Origin: Spirochaetia bacterium
Lineage (GTDB): Bacteria; Spirochaetota; Spirochaetia; WTKD01; G963693115
Length of the DNA stretch: 64,000 nucleotides
Assembly (NCBI GenBank): GCA_965226055.1
Contig: CBDDCA010000003.1
Coordinates: 1 to 64,000 of the forward strand
Direction: 5' to 3'
This document shows positions 30,847 to 41,936 of the stretch, one piece after another (the stretch's first letter is position 1; each line of letters starts with the position of its first letter). Made by a program: the position numbers and the translations under genes. The notes under the pieces were generated by a model. The model saw only the letters and a list, made by a program, of their open reading frames with translations, was not told the DNA's origin and did not search any database.

Positions 30847-32160
30847 ATGATTCAATATGTAAAAAAAGCATTGCAAGTAAGTGATATAGGGCATGTTGAT
30901 ACAAAAGTAAAAGAAACAGTAGAGTCTATCTTACGAGACATTACTCAACGAAAAGATAATGCAGTAAGAGAGCTTTCACAGAAATTTGACAACTTTAATC
31001 CGCCTCAGTTTAGACTGAGTGAGCAGGAAATACAACACTGTCTTTCACAGGTAACGAAAGAGGATATGGAAGATATCACCTTTGCGTACAATCAGATTAA
31101 GTACTTTGCTGAACAACAAAAGGCTATGTTTAAGGACATAGAAGTAGAGCCTTATCCTGGAGTTATTCTTGGTCATAAAAACATTCCTGTAAATTCTGTT
31201 GGATGTTATGTGCCAGGGGGAACACATCCATTTATAGCTTCTTGTTTTATGAGCATCCTCACAGCTAAAGTTGCTGGAGTAAAACGCATAGTAGCATGTG
31301 CGCCACCGCAAAACGGAAAGCCTCATCCTCTTGTTATTGCTGCTATGCATTTATCAGGAGCAGACGAGATATATCTTCTTGGGGGAGTGCAGGCCGTTGC
31401 AGCTATGGCAATAGGCACAGAAGAAATAGCACCTGTAGACATGATTGTAGGTCCAGGAAATGCCTTTGTAGCAGAAGCAAAACGACAGCTCTTTGGAAGA
31501 GTTGGCATAGATTTGTTAGCAGGCCCCACCGAAACCTTAGTTATTGCAGATGACACAGTTGATGCCGAGCTATGTGCTACTGACTTATTAGGACAAGCAG
31601 AGCATGGACCTACTTCTCCTGCAATATTATTGACAAACTCAAAAAAGCTAGCAGAAGAAACATTGAAAGAAATTGATCGCTTATTGACCATACTTCCTAC
31701 TGCAGATGTCGCAAAAATATCTTGGCAAGACTATGGCGAAATTATTGTATGCGATACATACGAGGAAATGCTTGCTGAATCTGAGCGTATTGCATCAGAA
31801 CATGTACAAGTGATGACCAGCCGTGATGATTGGTTTTTGGAACACATGGTAAACTATGGAGGCCTCTTTATTGGTGAGCGTACCAATGTTGCATACGGAG
31901 ATAAGGTGATAGGCACCAACCATACCTTGCCTACCCGTAAAGCAGGACGCTATACAGGAGGACTCTGGGTAGGAAAATTCATTAAAACGCACAGTTATCA
32001 ACGAGTGACAAGTGATGAAGCCACAGTACATATTGGAGAGTACTGTTCAAGAATCTGCCATATGGAAGGCTTTGCAGGACATGCAGAGCAAGCGAATATA
32101 CGACTTCGTAGATATGGCAAAAAAGATGTTCCGTATGGTACTCCTGCCACAAAGGAATAA
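30847..32160 (+). CDS. Histidinol dehydrogenase-family oxidoreductase (paralog, probably catabolic)
   Basis: [35 protein letters not shown]; no other his genes nearby. Confidence 0.88.
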   Translation: MIQYVKKALQVSDIGHVDTKVKETVESILRDITQRKDNAVRELSQKFDNFNPPQFRLSEQEIQHCLSQVTKEDMEDITFAYNQIKYFAEQQKAMFKDIEVEPYPGVILGHKNIPVNSVGCYVPGGTHPFIASCFMSILTAKVAGVKRIVACAPPQNGKPHPLVIAAMHLSGADEIYLLGGVQAVAAMAIGTEEIAPVDMIVGPGNAFVAEAKRQLFGRVGIDLLAGPTETLVIADDTVDAELCATDLLGQAEHGPTSPAILLTNSKKLAEETLKEIDRLLTILPTADVAKISWQDYGEIIVCDTYEEMLAESERIASEHVQVMTSRDDWFLEHMVNYGGLFIGERTNVAYGDKVIGTNHTLPTRKAGRYTGGLWVGKFIKTHSYQRVTSDEATVHIGEYCSRICHMEGFAGHAEQANIRLRRYGKKDVPYGTPATKE

Positions 32161-32196
32161 TGCAAAAAATAATAGTAAGGAGCTATAGCTTACACT

Positions 32197-33036
32197 ATGA
32201 TAGAACAAATATTTAGCTTAAAAGGAAAAAAAGCCATTGTAACAGGAGCAACAGGGTCTATCGGATATGCCTGTGTGCAAGCACTACTATCTTTTGGAGC
32301 TTCGGTGCTTATAGTAGGAAGAAAGAAAGAAAAACTTATTGAGATAGAACAGCGTCTACAAAAAGATATGCTACAAACATCTCATCATAATGCTACTCAG
32401 CATGCTCCTAATCATCAGACTGTTCATCAGAATAAGGTACAAGCACAATCTCATCAGCTTGATTGTAACGATATAGCTGCAATGAAAAAATTTTTTTCCA
32501 ATCACAATGATACAGACATCTTTGTCAATAGTGTAGGCACTAACATACCAAAGCCTTTGCTTGAAATGAGCGAACAAGACTATGACACGCTTATGGACAC
32601 AAATGTAAAAAGTGCTTTTTTTCAAACACAGTGTTTTGTAGCAGCAAAGACAGAAAAAGAAAAAAGAACTACTCAGTCATCTCCTGCATCGATTATTCAC
32701 ATATCTTCACAGATGGGATTTGTAGGAGGCGATGAGCGTAGCATATATTGTGCAAGTAAACATGCCATGCAAGGTATGTGTAAAGCCATAGCCTTAGAAA
32801 TAGGAAAGTGGAATATGCGTATCAATACTATTTGTCCTACTTTTATTGAGACAGAGCTTACACGTTCTACGCTTGTCGATGCAGAGAAACGAAAAAAAAT
32901 AACCCAATCTATTGTCTTTGAACGTTTAGGTGAACTACAGGACATATACGGAGCGGTAGTATACTTAGCCTCTGATGCCTCTCGTTTAGTAACAGGCACT
33001 GCAATAACAGTAGATGGCGGATGGACAGCACGATAG
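32197..33036 (+). CDS. Short-chain dehydrogenase/reductase
   Basis: VTGATGSIG, ISSQMG, YCASK, VDGGWTA. Confidence 0.95.
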   Translation: MIEQIFSLKGKKAIVTGATGSIGYACVQALLSFGASVLIVGRKKEKLIEIEQRLQKDMLQTSHHNATQHAPNHQTVHQNKVQAQSHQLDCNDIAAMKKFFSNHNDTDIFVNSVGTNIPKPLLEMSEQDYDTLMDTNVKSAFFQTQCFVAAKTEKEKRTTQSSPASIIHISSQMGFVGGDERSIYCASKHAMQGMCKAIALEIGKWNMRINTICPTFIETELTRSTLVDAEKRKKITQSIVFERLGELQDIYGAVVYLASDASRLVTGTAITVDGGWTAR

Positions 33037-33703
33037 GGGAGCTTAGTTATTTTTTCTCATAGATATTTCTTTCTCTATATCTCTGTCTACAGAGTTAGTA
33101 AGACTATCAATTTCAAGCCCCATACCTTCTATTATTCTTTGATTTTCAACTTTCAAGGTTTCTAAAAATTCTGACTTATTCCACAGCCTATTTTTATTAC
33201 CAAATCCATCTTCAGTAACATCCTGCAATGTACTTAAGTAAGATATGTGCATGACAATTAATACTATCAGGCTTACCTCTCTTACCTGTTCTGTTGGGTA
33301 CATGTATGGCCACATCGCAACACATACCTTGATCAGTTAAGAGTTTGGTAAATTGCTCTACATAAGAAAGAAAAAAATAAGTCTGATAATTCTAAACTGC
33401 GACTGAAAGTATAAGTAGCTTTTTAATAATAGATAATCTCATTCGTATAGAGAGACTGAAAATAGATACTCCTATATAATGTATTATCCGATGTTTATTC
33501 CCAATTATTTATCAATGGCTGGCTACTATGTATATAGTTCCCAAATGATAGGAGTATAATCTATAGAAAAATAAAAACTATTTACTTATCAAAATCTCAG
33601 AAACCTACCGCGTTGTAAAAACAGGAAACACTATATAATTAAATATAAGGTTAAGCCCTAAAATCCTATCGCAAAATCATAGCCCCAAGCCTGGCCTAGA
33701 TGT

Positions 33704-33922
33704 TTATTGGTTTATTGCATTATAGAGTAAAGCGAATCCAGAAAGCATGATTGCAAAGTTTATTCCAAATATCCAATAAATAGTTTTTATACTATTGCTC
33801 AAACTATTTATTTTTTCATTTAAGTTTGTATTCATACTATTCATTTTTTCTACGAGTAAATCATACTGAGTTACTGGTGTGCCTAATGAACCATCATCTG
33901 TATTTTTCTTTATATCTTTCAT
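33704..33922 (-). CDS. Small coiled-coil plus C-terminal TM protein (Bdr/DUF1640-like)
   Basis: EKMNSMNTNLNEKINSLSNSIKTIYWIFGINFAIML. Confidence 0.5.
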   Translation of the reverse strand: MKDIKKNTDDGSLGTPVTQYDLLVEKMNSMNTNLNEKINSLSNSIKTIYWIFGINFAIMLSGFALLYNAINQ

Positions 33923-34032
33923 AATCCTATTATCGCATATTTTTATTTTTTTAGTTTAGAGACTTGGGCTCTTGTAGCTCTGATTTTGTTGCTGCTCCTG
34001 TTCATATTCTCTTTTTAATTCTTTTATTTTCT

Positions 34033-34287
34033 CTACGATTGTTTTTTTAAGGTAGGATATGATGTTATACTTGGTTTAATTTCTTCTTCTAACATTTTAT
34101 TTTCTTTATCTGTAAAATTATTCTTTTTGTAAATAGTCTTCTTTTCATCATACAACATATTGTCACATACTTTCTGAGCTACTCTTTTAATTTCTGCCTG
34201 TCTCTCCTGCTCGATATGTTGTCTTTCAAGTTGATACTGTTTTTCTTTCTGTTCCTGCTCGATAGATAGCTGTATACTTTTATTCAC
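34033..34287 (-). pseudogene. Fragment of a charged coiled-coil protein
   Basis: Coding-like sequence continues upstream to about 34400 across an apparent frameshift. Confidence 0.35.
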
Positions 34288-34390
34288 ATCAATACTAAGT
34301 ATAGGTTCGGGTGATAGTGGGTAATATTCTTTTTCATCTTGTTTATGTGCCTTATCTATTTGGGGTTGGGATAACTCTCGTTTTTCCTCT

Positions 34391-35434
34391 CTAATATCCT
34401 CTTTTTTTTCTCATAGATATTTCTTTCTCTATGAGAGAAAAAATATCATAGCCAAACTGTTTTAGTATATCAAGTATATCTATCATCACCCAATTTTCTA
34501 CAAGACGATTTTCTTCTCGTCTCCATATATCAACAACACGTAGAGTAATCTTTGTATTGCTTGCAGTCAACCCAAGCCATCCATCACCAGTATGAGACGC
34601 ATACATAGAAGGAAACCCAAAGTCGCATACATAGTTTCCCTCTGCTAGCTGTGCTGTATACGGAGTCTCTGTTTTTGAGAGTATACCTCTATCAGGAAAT
34701 GCAGTGAGAAATGGAATTTGATGATACTTTTGAAACCCTTTCAATCCGCGTGTAGTACCTATCCCAGAAGGGCCGTACCACATCATGTTTTTTGTATCCC
34801 AGAAACGTTCTTGTCCCATTGAATCAAGACTGTTTCCATCATAGGAAAGCAATCCATCAAGCATAGCATTTACCAAATTAAGAGAAGCAATACTTTCTTC
34901 TTCGCTGGTATCATAGAGGATAATACCGTCCTGTGTCATTGGTGCTGCAGTTACAATCTCAGCTCCTCGTTGTGGTAATAGTTGTAACCCTGCTTGTCTC
35001 ATGATAGCAAGAGAGTCAATAAAATACCATGCCTTTTGTATACGCCCATTTTGTAATATATAATGAGCATGAAAGCGAATCCATGTTGCTTGTTGAGTAG
35101 CAGGAACAGTAAACCAATCTCGTGCAAATGTGCCTATCATGTTTCCTGCACAACATACACATTCCATATCTTTGTATACATCACCAAACAAAAGATACGG
35201 CTGAATTTCTAGATCAGGAAATGAATAGCTGAGAGTATGCCAAAATTGAGTCATATGCTCTTCTATGCCTTTTTGAGGAGCATGAGAAAAAGGCTCGGTA
35301 GCATAGCTTTCACTATCATGTGCCATATATGTTTGTAATGTTTCTGCGGTATATGTGCCATTTTCTAAGGCACGGTTTATATCTTGTATACATGAATATA
35401 CAACTTGTTTGTTGTGTAATATATGTTGTTTCAT
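34391..35434 (-). CDS. SnoaL/ester cyclase-like protein (two NTF2-like domains)
   Basis: MMWYGPSGIGTTRG, HQIPFLTAFPDR, HTGDGWLG, VDIWRREENRLVENWVMID. Confidence 0.85.
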   Translation of the reverse strand: MKQHILHNKQVVYSCIQDINRALENGTYTAETLQTYMAHDSESYATEPFSHAPQKGIEEHMTQFWHTLSYSFPDLEIQPYLLFGDVYKDMECVCCAGNMIGTFARDWFTVPATQQATWIRFHAHYILQNGRIQKAWYFIDSLAIMRQAGLQLLPQRGAEIVTAAPMTQDGIILYDTSEEESIASLNLVNAMLDGLLSYDGNSLDSMGQERFWDTKNMMWYGPSGIGTTRGLKGFQKYHQIPFLTAFPDRGILSKTETPYTAQLAEGNYVCDFGFPSMYASHTGDGWLGLTASNTKITLRVVDIWRREENRLVENWVMIDILDILKQFGYDIFSLIEKEISMRKKRGY

Positions 35435-35444
35435 AGTATTGTCC

Positions 35445-36497
35445 TTATGTTTTATTTCGGTATAATTGACACAATGTATCAAATGCATCGTACACAAGCC
35501 ATTCTTGAGTAATGCTATTGTTTACAATTTCTATATGATGAATCCCTAAAGTATTGGCACTCATATCTGTTGCAGTGCCAAATACCTGTGAATCATGAGC
35601 ATGTACGCCTTTTAGTCGCCATCGTATTGCTATTTCAGTTTTTTCTTCATAGAAAGTAGCGGTAATTTGGTATATACTCAAGGCTTTCTCTTCAAACGGG
35701 GAGAGCAATGTACTCCATAGAAACTTTCTTTGTTCGGGAGAACGATAGGAACTATCGCATATGCCATTGCTTACAGCAGTATCATGATAAAAAGAATCGA
35801 TTGATTGGTTGTTACTAATAGCTTTGTACAAGGACATAACAAAATCAATAGCTGCTTCGTCAGTATCGTGCGGTGTGTACTGGCTGTACTGTATAGGGGT
35901 ACAGCCATCGTCATATGCAAGTACATCTATGGCATTGTAGCGGGTATCCTGTATTGCCATATGTATGGGATCAAAGCCAAGTTGTCGTATAACAAACAAG
36001 TTATCACGTACAAGCCATTCTTCATAAATAATATTATTTTTTGCAAGGCAATCTGCTATAGTACGAAAATGAATATGCTTTCCTGTTGCTGCTCCATATA
36101 CAGTAGCACCAGTATTTGTAGCAGTCGAGAAAATTCTATGGGACGAAAAAAAACGCTGCTCGTCACTACTGATGAGAGATTCTTTGCTAGCACAAGTACT
36201 ATCGTGATAATGGGCCCATATAACAGCTTCTGCTCCCATTGTTCTATCAGGAAAAGAATACAGTGTTTTTAATGTTCCTTCTATTACTTGATCTAATCCG
36301 TGTATAGTTCTTGCTCCACTATGTATAGCAATATCTTTATCATAAGTATCATATAAAAGCCAAATAGCTCTCTTTTCCCAAATCTGTTCAGTAATATCAA
36401 GTATATAATGAGGAAAACTGGTATATATATCCTTAAAGCCCGGAGGAGTACTGTAAGAGCTTAGCCGCTTTTGATGTAAATATTCTCTTATAATCAT
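35445..36497 (-). CDS. SnoaL/ester cyclase-like protein
   Basis: YILDITEQIWE, SFPDR, SSHRI, IYEEWLVRD, EWLVYD. Confidence 0.82.
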   Translation of the reverse strand: MIIREYLHQKRLSSYSTPPGFKDIYTSFPHYILDITEQIWEKRAIWLLYDTYDKDIAIHSGARTIHGLDQVIEGTLKTLYSFPDRTMGAEAVIWAHYHDSTCASKESLISSDEQRFFSSHRIFSTATNTGATVYGAATGKHIHFRTIADCLAKNNIIYEEWLVRDNLFVIRQLGFDPIHMAIQDTRYNAIDVLAYDDGCTPIQYSQYTPHDTDEAAIDFVMSLYKAISNNQSIDSFYHDTAVSNGICDSSYRSPEQRKFLWSTLLSPFEEKALSIYQITATFYEEKTEIAIRWRLKGVHAHDSQVFGTATDMSANTLGIHHIEIVNNSITQEWLVYDAFDTLCQLYRNKT

Positions 36498-36504
36498 ATA
36501 TATA

Positions 36505-37506
36505 TTATACTAATTCTTTACAACGAGCAAATACATCAAGACCTTGTTGTAATAGCCAGTAAGGAATATCAATAAACACCCAGTTTTCTGCAAGTTTATC
36601 ATGTTCTCTGCGGTATATGTCCACAACACGCATATCAGCAGGCTTTGAAGCAGGAAGCCCTAGAAACCCACCAGTAGGAGTATTGGTTAAGTTAGGCCAG
36701 CCGAAGAAACCTGCGTACTGTCCTTCTGCAAAACGACATATGTGACCATTAAATGTTTTGTCTTTTAGATTTTTACGAAAAGGGTATTGATGTTGTTTTT
36801 GAAACAGAGGAATAGTATAGGTTGCTCCAATGCCTGTCGGACCGTACCATATCATATCTTTATGCCATGTTCTCTCTAAATATTTAGGATTGCATTCATC
36901 ATTTCCTGTTTTATTGAGTGTATCTAAATCATCAATCATAGTGTTAAGAAGATTGAGTGTTTTTTCTCCTTCTTCTGGAACTTGTGTCTTGTAAAGAAGT
37001 CCATCATGGGTACGGGGACCTGGATAGAGAAATGAGGCTCCCGTTTGCATAGGAAGAGGATATATGCCTGATTGTTGCATAACATCGATCATATCACAGA
37101 AAAATGCACTTTGGGTAATACTATCGTTTTCAACACAATGAAATTCAGCATAACGAAGAAAGGTCATTGCATTGTTGGATGGAATACCTAGCCACTCTGC
37201 TTGTCGTATTCCTAAAAAATGCCCCATACTGATAGTCCATATTTTGTTATCGTATATATTTTTTCCTGCAATAAAAATATCTTGTCGTCTTTGTACATGA
37301 GACCAAGAAGCATAAAACGGCTTCCAGAATATTTCTATTACCTGTTGTCTATCGTTTTGCTTGTTAAATGGATGTACTCCATACCATGTATATGCTTGTG
37401 ATACATATTTTTGCACTATTGATGCCACCGTATCTTGTGTAGCTGTTTCTAATTCTGTATAGTATGAAAGTACTAATTGTTTTGCATGCTCAATACTTAC
37501 AGACAT
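36505..37506 (-). CDS. SnoaL/ester cyclase-like protein
   Basis: MIWYGPTGIGAT, GWPNL, DIYRREHDKLAENWVFID; paralog of 34391-35434. Confidence 0.85.
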   Translation of the reverse strand: MSVSIEHAKQLVLSYYTELETATQDTVASIVQKYVSQAYTWYGVHPFNKQNDRQQVIEIFWKPFYASWSHVQRRQDIFIAGKNIYDNKIWTISMGHFLGIRQAEWLGIPSNNAMTFLRYAEFHCVENDSITQSAFFCDMIDVMQQSGIYPLPMQTGASFLYPGPRTHDGLLYKTQVPEEGEKTLNLLNTMIDDLDTLNKTGNDECNPKYLERTWHKDMIWYGPTGIGATYTIPLFQKQHQYPFRKNLKDKTFNGHICRFAEGQYAGFFGWPNLTNTPTGGFLGLPASKPADMRVVDIYRREHDKLAENWVFIDIPYWLLQQGLDVFARCKELV

Positions 37507-37509
37507 ATA

Positions 37510-38490
37510 TTATCCTTTTACTGCCCCTGCAGAGAGGCCTTTTACAAGATATTTCTGAAAGAATATAATAATGAATATAATAGGAATGGTAATAGAAATT
37601 GATGCTGCTGCTGCAATAGTACGATATGCTGCATCTTCTCCGCTTGTATATGATGCAATGGCCACAGGAAGAGTCCAGTTTGATTGAAGAAGCAAACGAC
37701 CAAGTAAAAATTCATTATAGGCTAAAAGCAAGGTAAAGAGGCTAGTGGTAATAATACCAGGCCACGATATAGGGAGAATAACCCTCCAAAAAGCAGTAAA
37801 TCTACTCGCTCCATCAATTAACGCTGCTTGTTCAATTTCCTTTGGTATTTCCATAAAAAAGCTACGAAGCATCCAAATAGTAAAAGGCTGATTTACCGCA
37901 ACAAGCACGAGTATCATCAAAAGATGAGTGTCATAAAGTCCTGTAATCTGTCCTACATAATAGAAAGGAAGCCCAAAAGCAGTACGAGGTAACGCACGAA
38001 AGCTCAAGGCTACTATGAGTATAATAGTACTCATTATTCCTTTATAGCGAGACAATGCGTATCCTCCAAAACATCCAATAGTAATGGATATACATAAAGT
38101 AAATACCGTGATAATAATACTGTTGATAAGGTATCCATAAAATTTTGATACAGTAACAAACAGAGGAGTAATAGCAATCATGATAATAATGATACTTGTA
38201 ATGATAATCCCCATAGTTGTATTTGAAAGTATCTGTTTTTTGCGGTTATATCGATATACTACAATACATGCTATCAGTAAGATAATACTTGTTATCCCAA
38301 CAGGCATAAATTCGGCTACAGGCTCTTGATATGCAGAACCACGTACAAGAAGCCAGAGTTTTGCAAAATTATATGGGGTAGGCATAAAGCCCCATATACT
38401 TGGCACTATTTTATTTGCTTCTACTGGAAATTTAATTGCAGTGAGAAGTGCCCATAAAAAAGGAAGCAAGCACAGTATAGATACTATCAC
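37510..38490 (-). CDS. Carbohydrate ABC transporter permease (MalG-like)
   Basis: EAA loop IPKEIEQAALIDGA; FQKYLVKGLSAGAVKG. Confidence 0.93.
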   Translation of the reverse strand: MIVSILCLLPFLWALLTAIKFPVEANKIVPSIWGFMPTPYNFAKLWLLVRGSAYQEPVAEFMPVGITSIILLIACIVVYRYNRKKQILSNTTMGIIITSIIIIMIAITPLFVTVSKFYGYLINSIIITVFTLCISITIGCFGGYALSRYKGIMSTIILIVALSFRALPRTAFGLPFYYVGQITGLYDTHLLMILVLVAVNQPFTIWMLRSFFMEIPKEIEQAALIDGASRFTAFWRVILPISWPGIITTSLFTLLLAYNEFLLGRLLLQSNWTLPVAIASYTSGEDAAYRTIAAAASISITIPIIFIIIFFQKYLVKGLSAGAVKG

Positions 38491-38541
38491 TAATATGAGA
38501 TGAATAAGAATACGAAGATATATGTTTTTTACTTTATCGAT

Positions 38542-39399
38542 TTAGCGTTCCTCCTTTTGTTGTTTATAGGTAATAATAAGAAATGGTATAAGCACTACTA
38601 AAATTCCTATGACAGTAATAATAGACACAGCATTTGCTTTTCCTAATCGTTGTACAGCAGTAGCTATCTTAAAATTATAGTACATAATAGTATCTACCTT
38701 AAAGGCGGGGTTACTCCGTGACATAACTATAATGCTATCAAATATACGATATGCGTCCATAATAGAGACTAATGATACAAATACAATAAGAGGACTAAGG
38801 TGAGGAATAACAACATGCTGTATTTTCTTAAAAATATTTGCTCCATCTATTTTTGCTGCTTCCATTGTTTCTCGTGGAAGCGTTTGTAATCCTGCAAAAA
38901 ATGTTATCATTGCAAAGGGGGTAACATACCATATGCCATGCGTAATAATAAGAAAACGTACAGTGTTAGTAGTGAGAATAAAATCATAATTGAAGAAATC
39001 TAACAGAAAATAATATAACCCCCCTCTATCAAACATGTTTCTAAACATTAAAGTACCAACAACAGGAGTTATAATAAAAGGAATAAGAATAGCTGCTACA
39101 TACAATCCACGCCCTTTCTTTATCTGATCTACTAATAAGGCAAGAAAAAACCCAAGTAATAATTCAAAAGGGATAGTAATACAAATAAAAAGGAGAGTAA
39201 ATCGAAAAGAACTCCAAAAGTCTGGATCTTGTATTATTTCTATGTAGTTTCTTAGTCCTATAAACTGAGGCTGATCAAGTGTAGCATAGGTAAGGTAATG
39301 AAAGCTTAGCCATATAGCAGTGAACAATGGTATTATCATCATGAGAGTCATAACAATAAGACTTGGTGATATAAATTTTAGGAAAGTTGCTCTTTTCAC
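38542..39399 (-). CDS. Carbohydrate ABC transporter permease (MalF-like)
   Basis: FIGLRNY, AGLQTLPRETMEAAKIDGA. Confidence 0.93.
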   Translation of the reverse strand: MKRATFLKFISPSLIVMTLMMIIPLFTAIWLSFHYLTYATLDQPQFIGLRNYIEIIQDPDFWSSFRFTLLFICITIPFELLLGFFLALLVDQIKKGRGLYVAAILIPFIITPVVGTLMFRNMFDRGGLYYFLLDFFNYDFILTTNTVRFLIITHGIWYVTPFAMITFFAGLQTLPRETMEAAKIDGANIFKKIQHVVIPHLSPLIVFVSLVSIMDAYRIFDSIIVMSRSNPAFKVDTIMYYNFKIATAVQRLGKANAVSIITVIGILVVLIPFLIITYKQQKEER

Positions 39400-39507
39400 A
39401 ATAATAGTTTATGGTAAGATATATATGGTATCTTTCATACAGTTAGCACTAAAGATATAAGTGTACTGTCAATTATGTACGGCAATACACTTATAATACA
39501 ATATGTG

Positions 39508-40812
39508 TTACAGTACCCCTTGTTGGGTAGCTTCTTTTCTATACGCATCAGCCATCTCATTGAGTAGCCCTTGAATATCATCTCTTCTGTTAATTGCCTG
39601 TGGAAGATAATTATCTGCTATTGCTATAGCAATAGGATTACCAGGATGAGTGCTTGTCACCGCACCTCCTTCACTAATTGATTGTAACGCTGCTTTAGTA
39701 TAGCGTACATCTTGTCTTGCTTCTGATACTTTATTTCTTGTCATAAGAGAATAGTCTGCTCCACGTTTTTGTGATTCAAAATCTGTGGCTTCTGCAATAA
39801 CACGAAAAATATATTCTGGATCTACCGTTGTATTTATAGGAATCATATAGTAATCAGCAGTAGCAGGAGCAGCTCTTTTTTCTGAGGGGCTTACACGTGG
39901 TGCAGGGGCAAAGCCAATTCTCCCAACAAACTGAGATTTTGTAGGATCGTCCATATTTGCAGCACGGGAGGTCCATGTTGTTGCAGATGCAAGGCGACCA
40001 GTCTCAAGCCCAATCTCTACATCGTCAATACTCCAGGAAAGGCCTTCTTTACCCATTGTGGCATCAGCAATGTCAAGTATCATTTCTAATGCAGCAACTC
40101 CTTCTTTGCTATTAAAAAGAGGTTCTCCCTCATCACTGAGCCATTGTCCTCCAAAAGCATTGAGAAAATTGATAAATTCAATACGCCATGCCCATCCAGC
40201 ATGAAGATTAATTGCAAAAGGAAGATCAATATCTGCATCTTTTAGTTTTTTTGCAGACGCAATGACATCAGCATATGTTTCTGGCACACTGATATTATAT
40301 TCTTCAAAAATATCCATATTATAGAAATAATGCATAGAATTAGCAGTAAAAGGAATACCATAAATCTTTCCGTCAGGAGAAGTAAGAGTATAGAGAGTAT
40401 CACTAATATCACCAAAATCATATACATCTTTATATTTTTCAATATAATCATCAAGAGCAAGAATCTGTTTATTTATTGCTAACTCCGTGAGAAACGTTGC
40501 ATCTCCTTGTACGATCTCATACGGAGATTTTCCTCCGCCTGCTAATGCCAAACGTACTTGTTCTCGCACACTTTGGGAATCTAACAGCTGAGTGCTTACC
40601 GTTAATTTATCTACAGAGTTGAACGATTCAAGCTCTTCTGCAAAAAATTCGGTAACAGGAAAGCGCCACCCAATCATATTGATTGTTGTTGCTGTTTCTG
40701 GTACTAGTACTAATGTTTCAGTACTATCTGATGTATTCTCGTTGTTGCCTCCTGCAAATAATACAGTAGATACAAGAGAGAATAACATTACATAAAAAGT
40801 AATATTTTTCAT
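39508..40812 (-). CDS. Carbohydrate ABC transporter substrate-binding protein
   Basis: Signal peptide LFAGG, DGKIYGIPF...YFYNMDIF...VPETY. Confidence 0.9.
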   Translation of the reverse strand: MKNITFYVMLFSLVSTVLFAGGNNENTSDSTETLVLVPETATTINMIGWRFPVTEFFAEELESFNSVDKLTVSTQLLDSQSVREQVRLALAGGGKSPYEIVQGDATFLTELAINKQILALDDYIEKYKDVYDFGDISDTLYTLTSPDGKIYGIPFTANSMHYFYNMDIFEEYNISVPETYADVIASAKKLKDADIDLPFAINLHAGWAWRIEFINFLNAFGGQWLSDEGEPLFNSKEGVAALEMILDIADATMGKEGLSWSIDDVEIGLETGRLASATTWTSRAANMDDPTKSQFVGRIGFAPAPRVSPSEKRAAPATADYYMIPINTTVDPEYIFRVIAEATDFESQKRGADYSLMTRNKVSEARQDVRYTKAALQSISEGGAVTSTHPGNPIAIAIADNYLPQAINRRDDIQGLLNEMADAYRKEATQQGVL

Positions 40813-40956
40813 AATAACCCTCTTAATGTTTTTTATATAGTATACTATAATATTAAAAAAAAGTTTTTAGTAAATACAATAGGTAAATTAATTATATACA
40901 ATACTACTGTAATTCCATATAATGATATGATTACCACATAATAAAGGAATAATGGT

Positions 40957-41406
40957 ATGAGAAACATTTTGTTGTTATGGTGTATGTTTGCACCGTTTTT
41001 ATTTAGTTGTGTGTCTCTGTCTGAATCTGATATAGCTATTGATTATGGAGAACAAAGATTGATAACGAAAGAAGGGGTATCAGTAAATGAACTGTACATA
41101 CTTACTCATGAATTTTTACTGTTTCATATAAGTGATGCCGAAGTGAGCGTAGAGTTTTTTGATAAAGAAGATGGCAAAATAATAGGCAATTTCAATGTGA
41201 AAATAGTTAATGACAGTGCCTACACAGATTCTGTAGTGTACTATAACTATACTTATAATATTGATATAAGAGATGGCCAAGTACATGCTAGCATTAAAGG
41301 GATAGCAAGGCAGGTTGATGCTACGCTCATTCAGTTTTGTACTGATTTTCTCGATGCTTTAGAGGAGTATATTCATAGTCATTCTATTATAGATAGGTTT
41401 GTATAG
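40957..41406 (+). CDS. Small lipoprotein of unknown function
   Basis: Lipobox FLFSC; RBS AAAGGA. Confidence 0.6.
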   Translation: MRNILLLWCMFAPFLFSCVSLSESDIAIDYGEQRLITKEGVSVNELYILTHEFLLFHISDAEVSVEFFDKEDGKIIGNFNVKIVNDSAYTDSVVYYNYTYNIDIRDGQVHASIKGIARQVDATLIQFCTDFLDALEEYIHSHSIIDRFV

Positions 41407-41614
41407 TTTTTTCTGTAAAATGTTGCACATGCAGATTAAAGTATTGTAAAGTGCATTAGTATGCGATACAGCAAAAAAGAGCAGAAAAACAAAAAGGTGG
41501 AATTTCACTATCTCATGTATACCTTTGGTAGCACTCAATTCAGATATTTTATGTAATTAGTACTTAAAATTGAGGATAGCAGGCTATTTTTTAAAAAAAA
41601 TAGGTGTTCTGCTA

Positions 41615-41643
41615 TTGCGGTTTTTTTTTTTTTATTGTATAAT
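41615..41643 (+). promoter_or_regulatory. Promoter with T13 tract between -35 and -10 (17-bp spacing)
   Basis: TTGCGG-T13-ATTG-TATAAT. Confidence 0.7.
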
Positions 41644-41695
41644 ATAGCTATATTTATAAAAAATTCAAGTATTAAATTTGAAAAAGGAGCAAAAT

Positions 41696-41868
41696 ATGAA
41701 AAAAAATCGTATATGGTTTGTTATTTTATGTTTTCAGCGATGTTTTTTAATGCTACCGCTTTTAAGCAAGATTTAGAAGCATGGGGGAAACACATAGGCA
41801 AAAAAAGAGTATTTAAGGCAAATATGTTTTATGGGAGTGGAGTAAAAACACCACCAACATGGCATTAA
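41696..41868 (+). pseudogene. Internally deleted remnant of a DUF285/BspA-type lipoprotein gene
   Basis: RBS plus MKKNRIWFVIL leader joined out of frame to [20 protein letters not shown]...GSGVKTPPTW, which matches the C-terminus of 49332-51143. Confidence 0.7.
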
Positions 41869-41936
41869 AATATAGAGGTAGGGATGGTAGAACTTTCTTA
41901 CACTTTGAAAAAGAATAATTTTAATAGGAGGCAAAA

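Noticed and set aside
30847-32160. Assigning hisD or hpsN as gene symbol
   Set aside because: The family is clear, but context is not a his operon and the substrate cannot be determined from sequence alone
33043-33315. 90-aa ORF as a real gene
   Set aside because: No recognisable domain; its end is just the duplicated 29-bp gene tail, so it is probably part of the insertion scar
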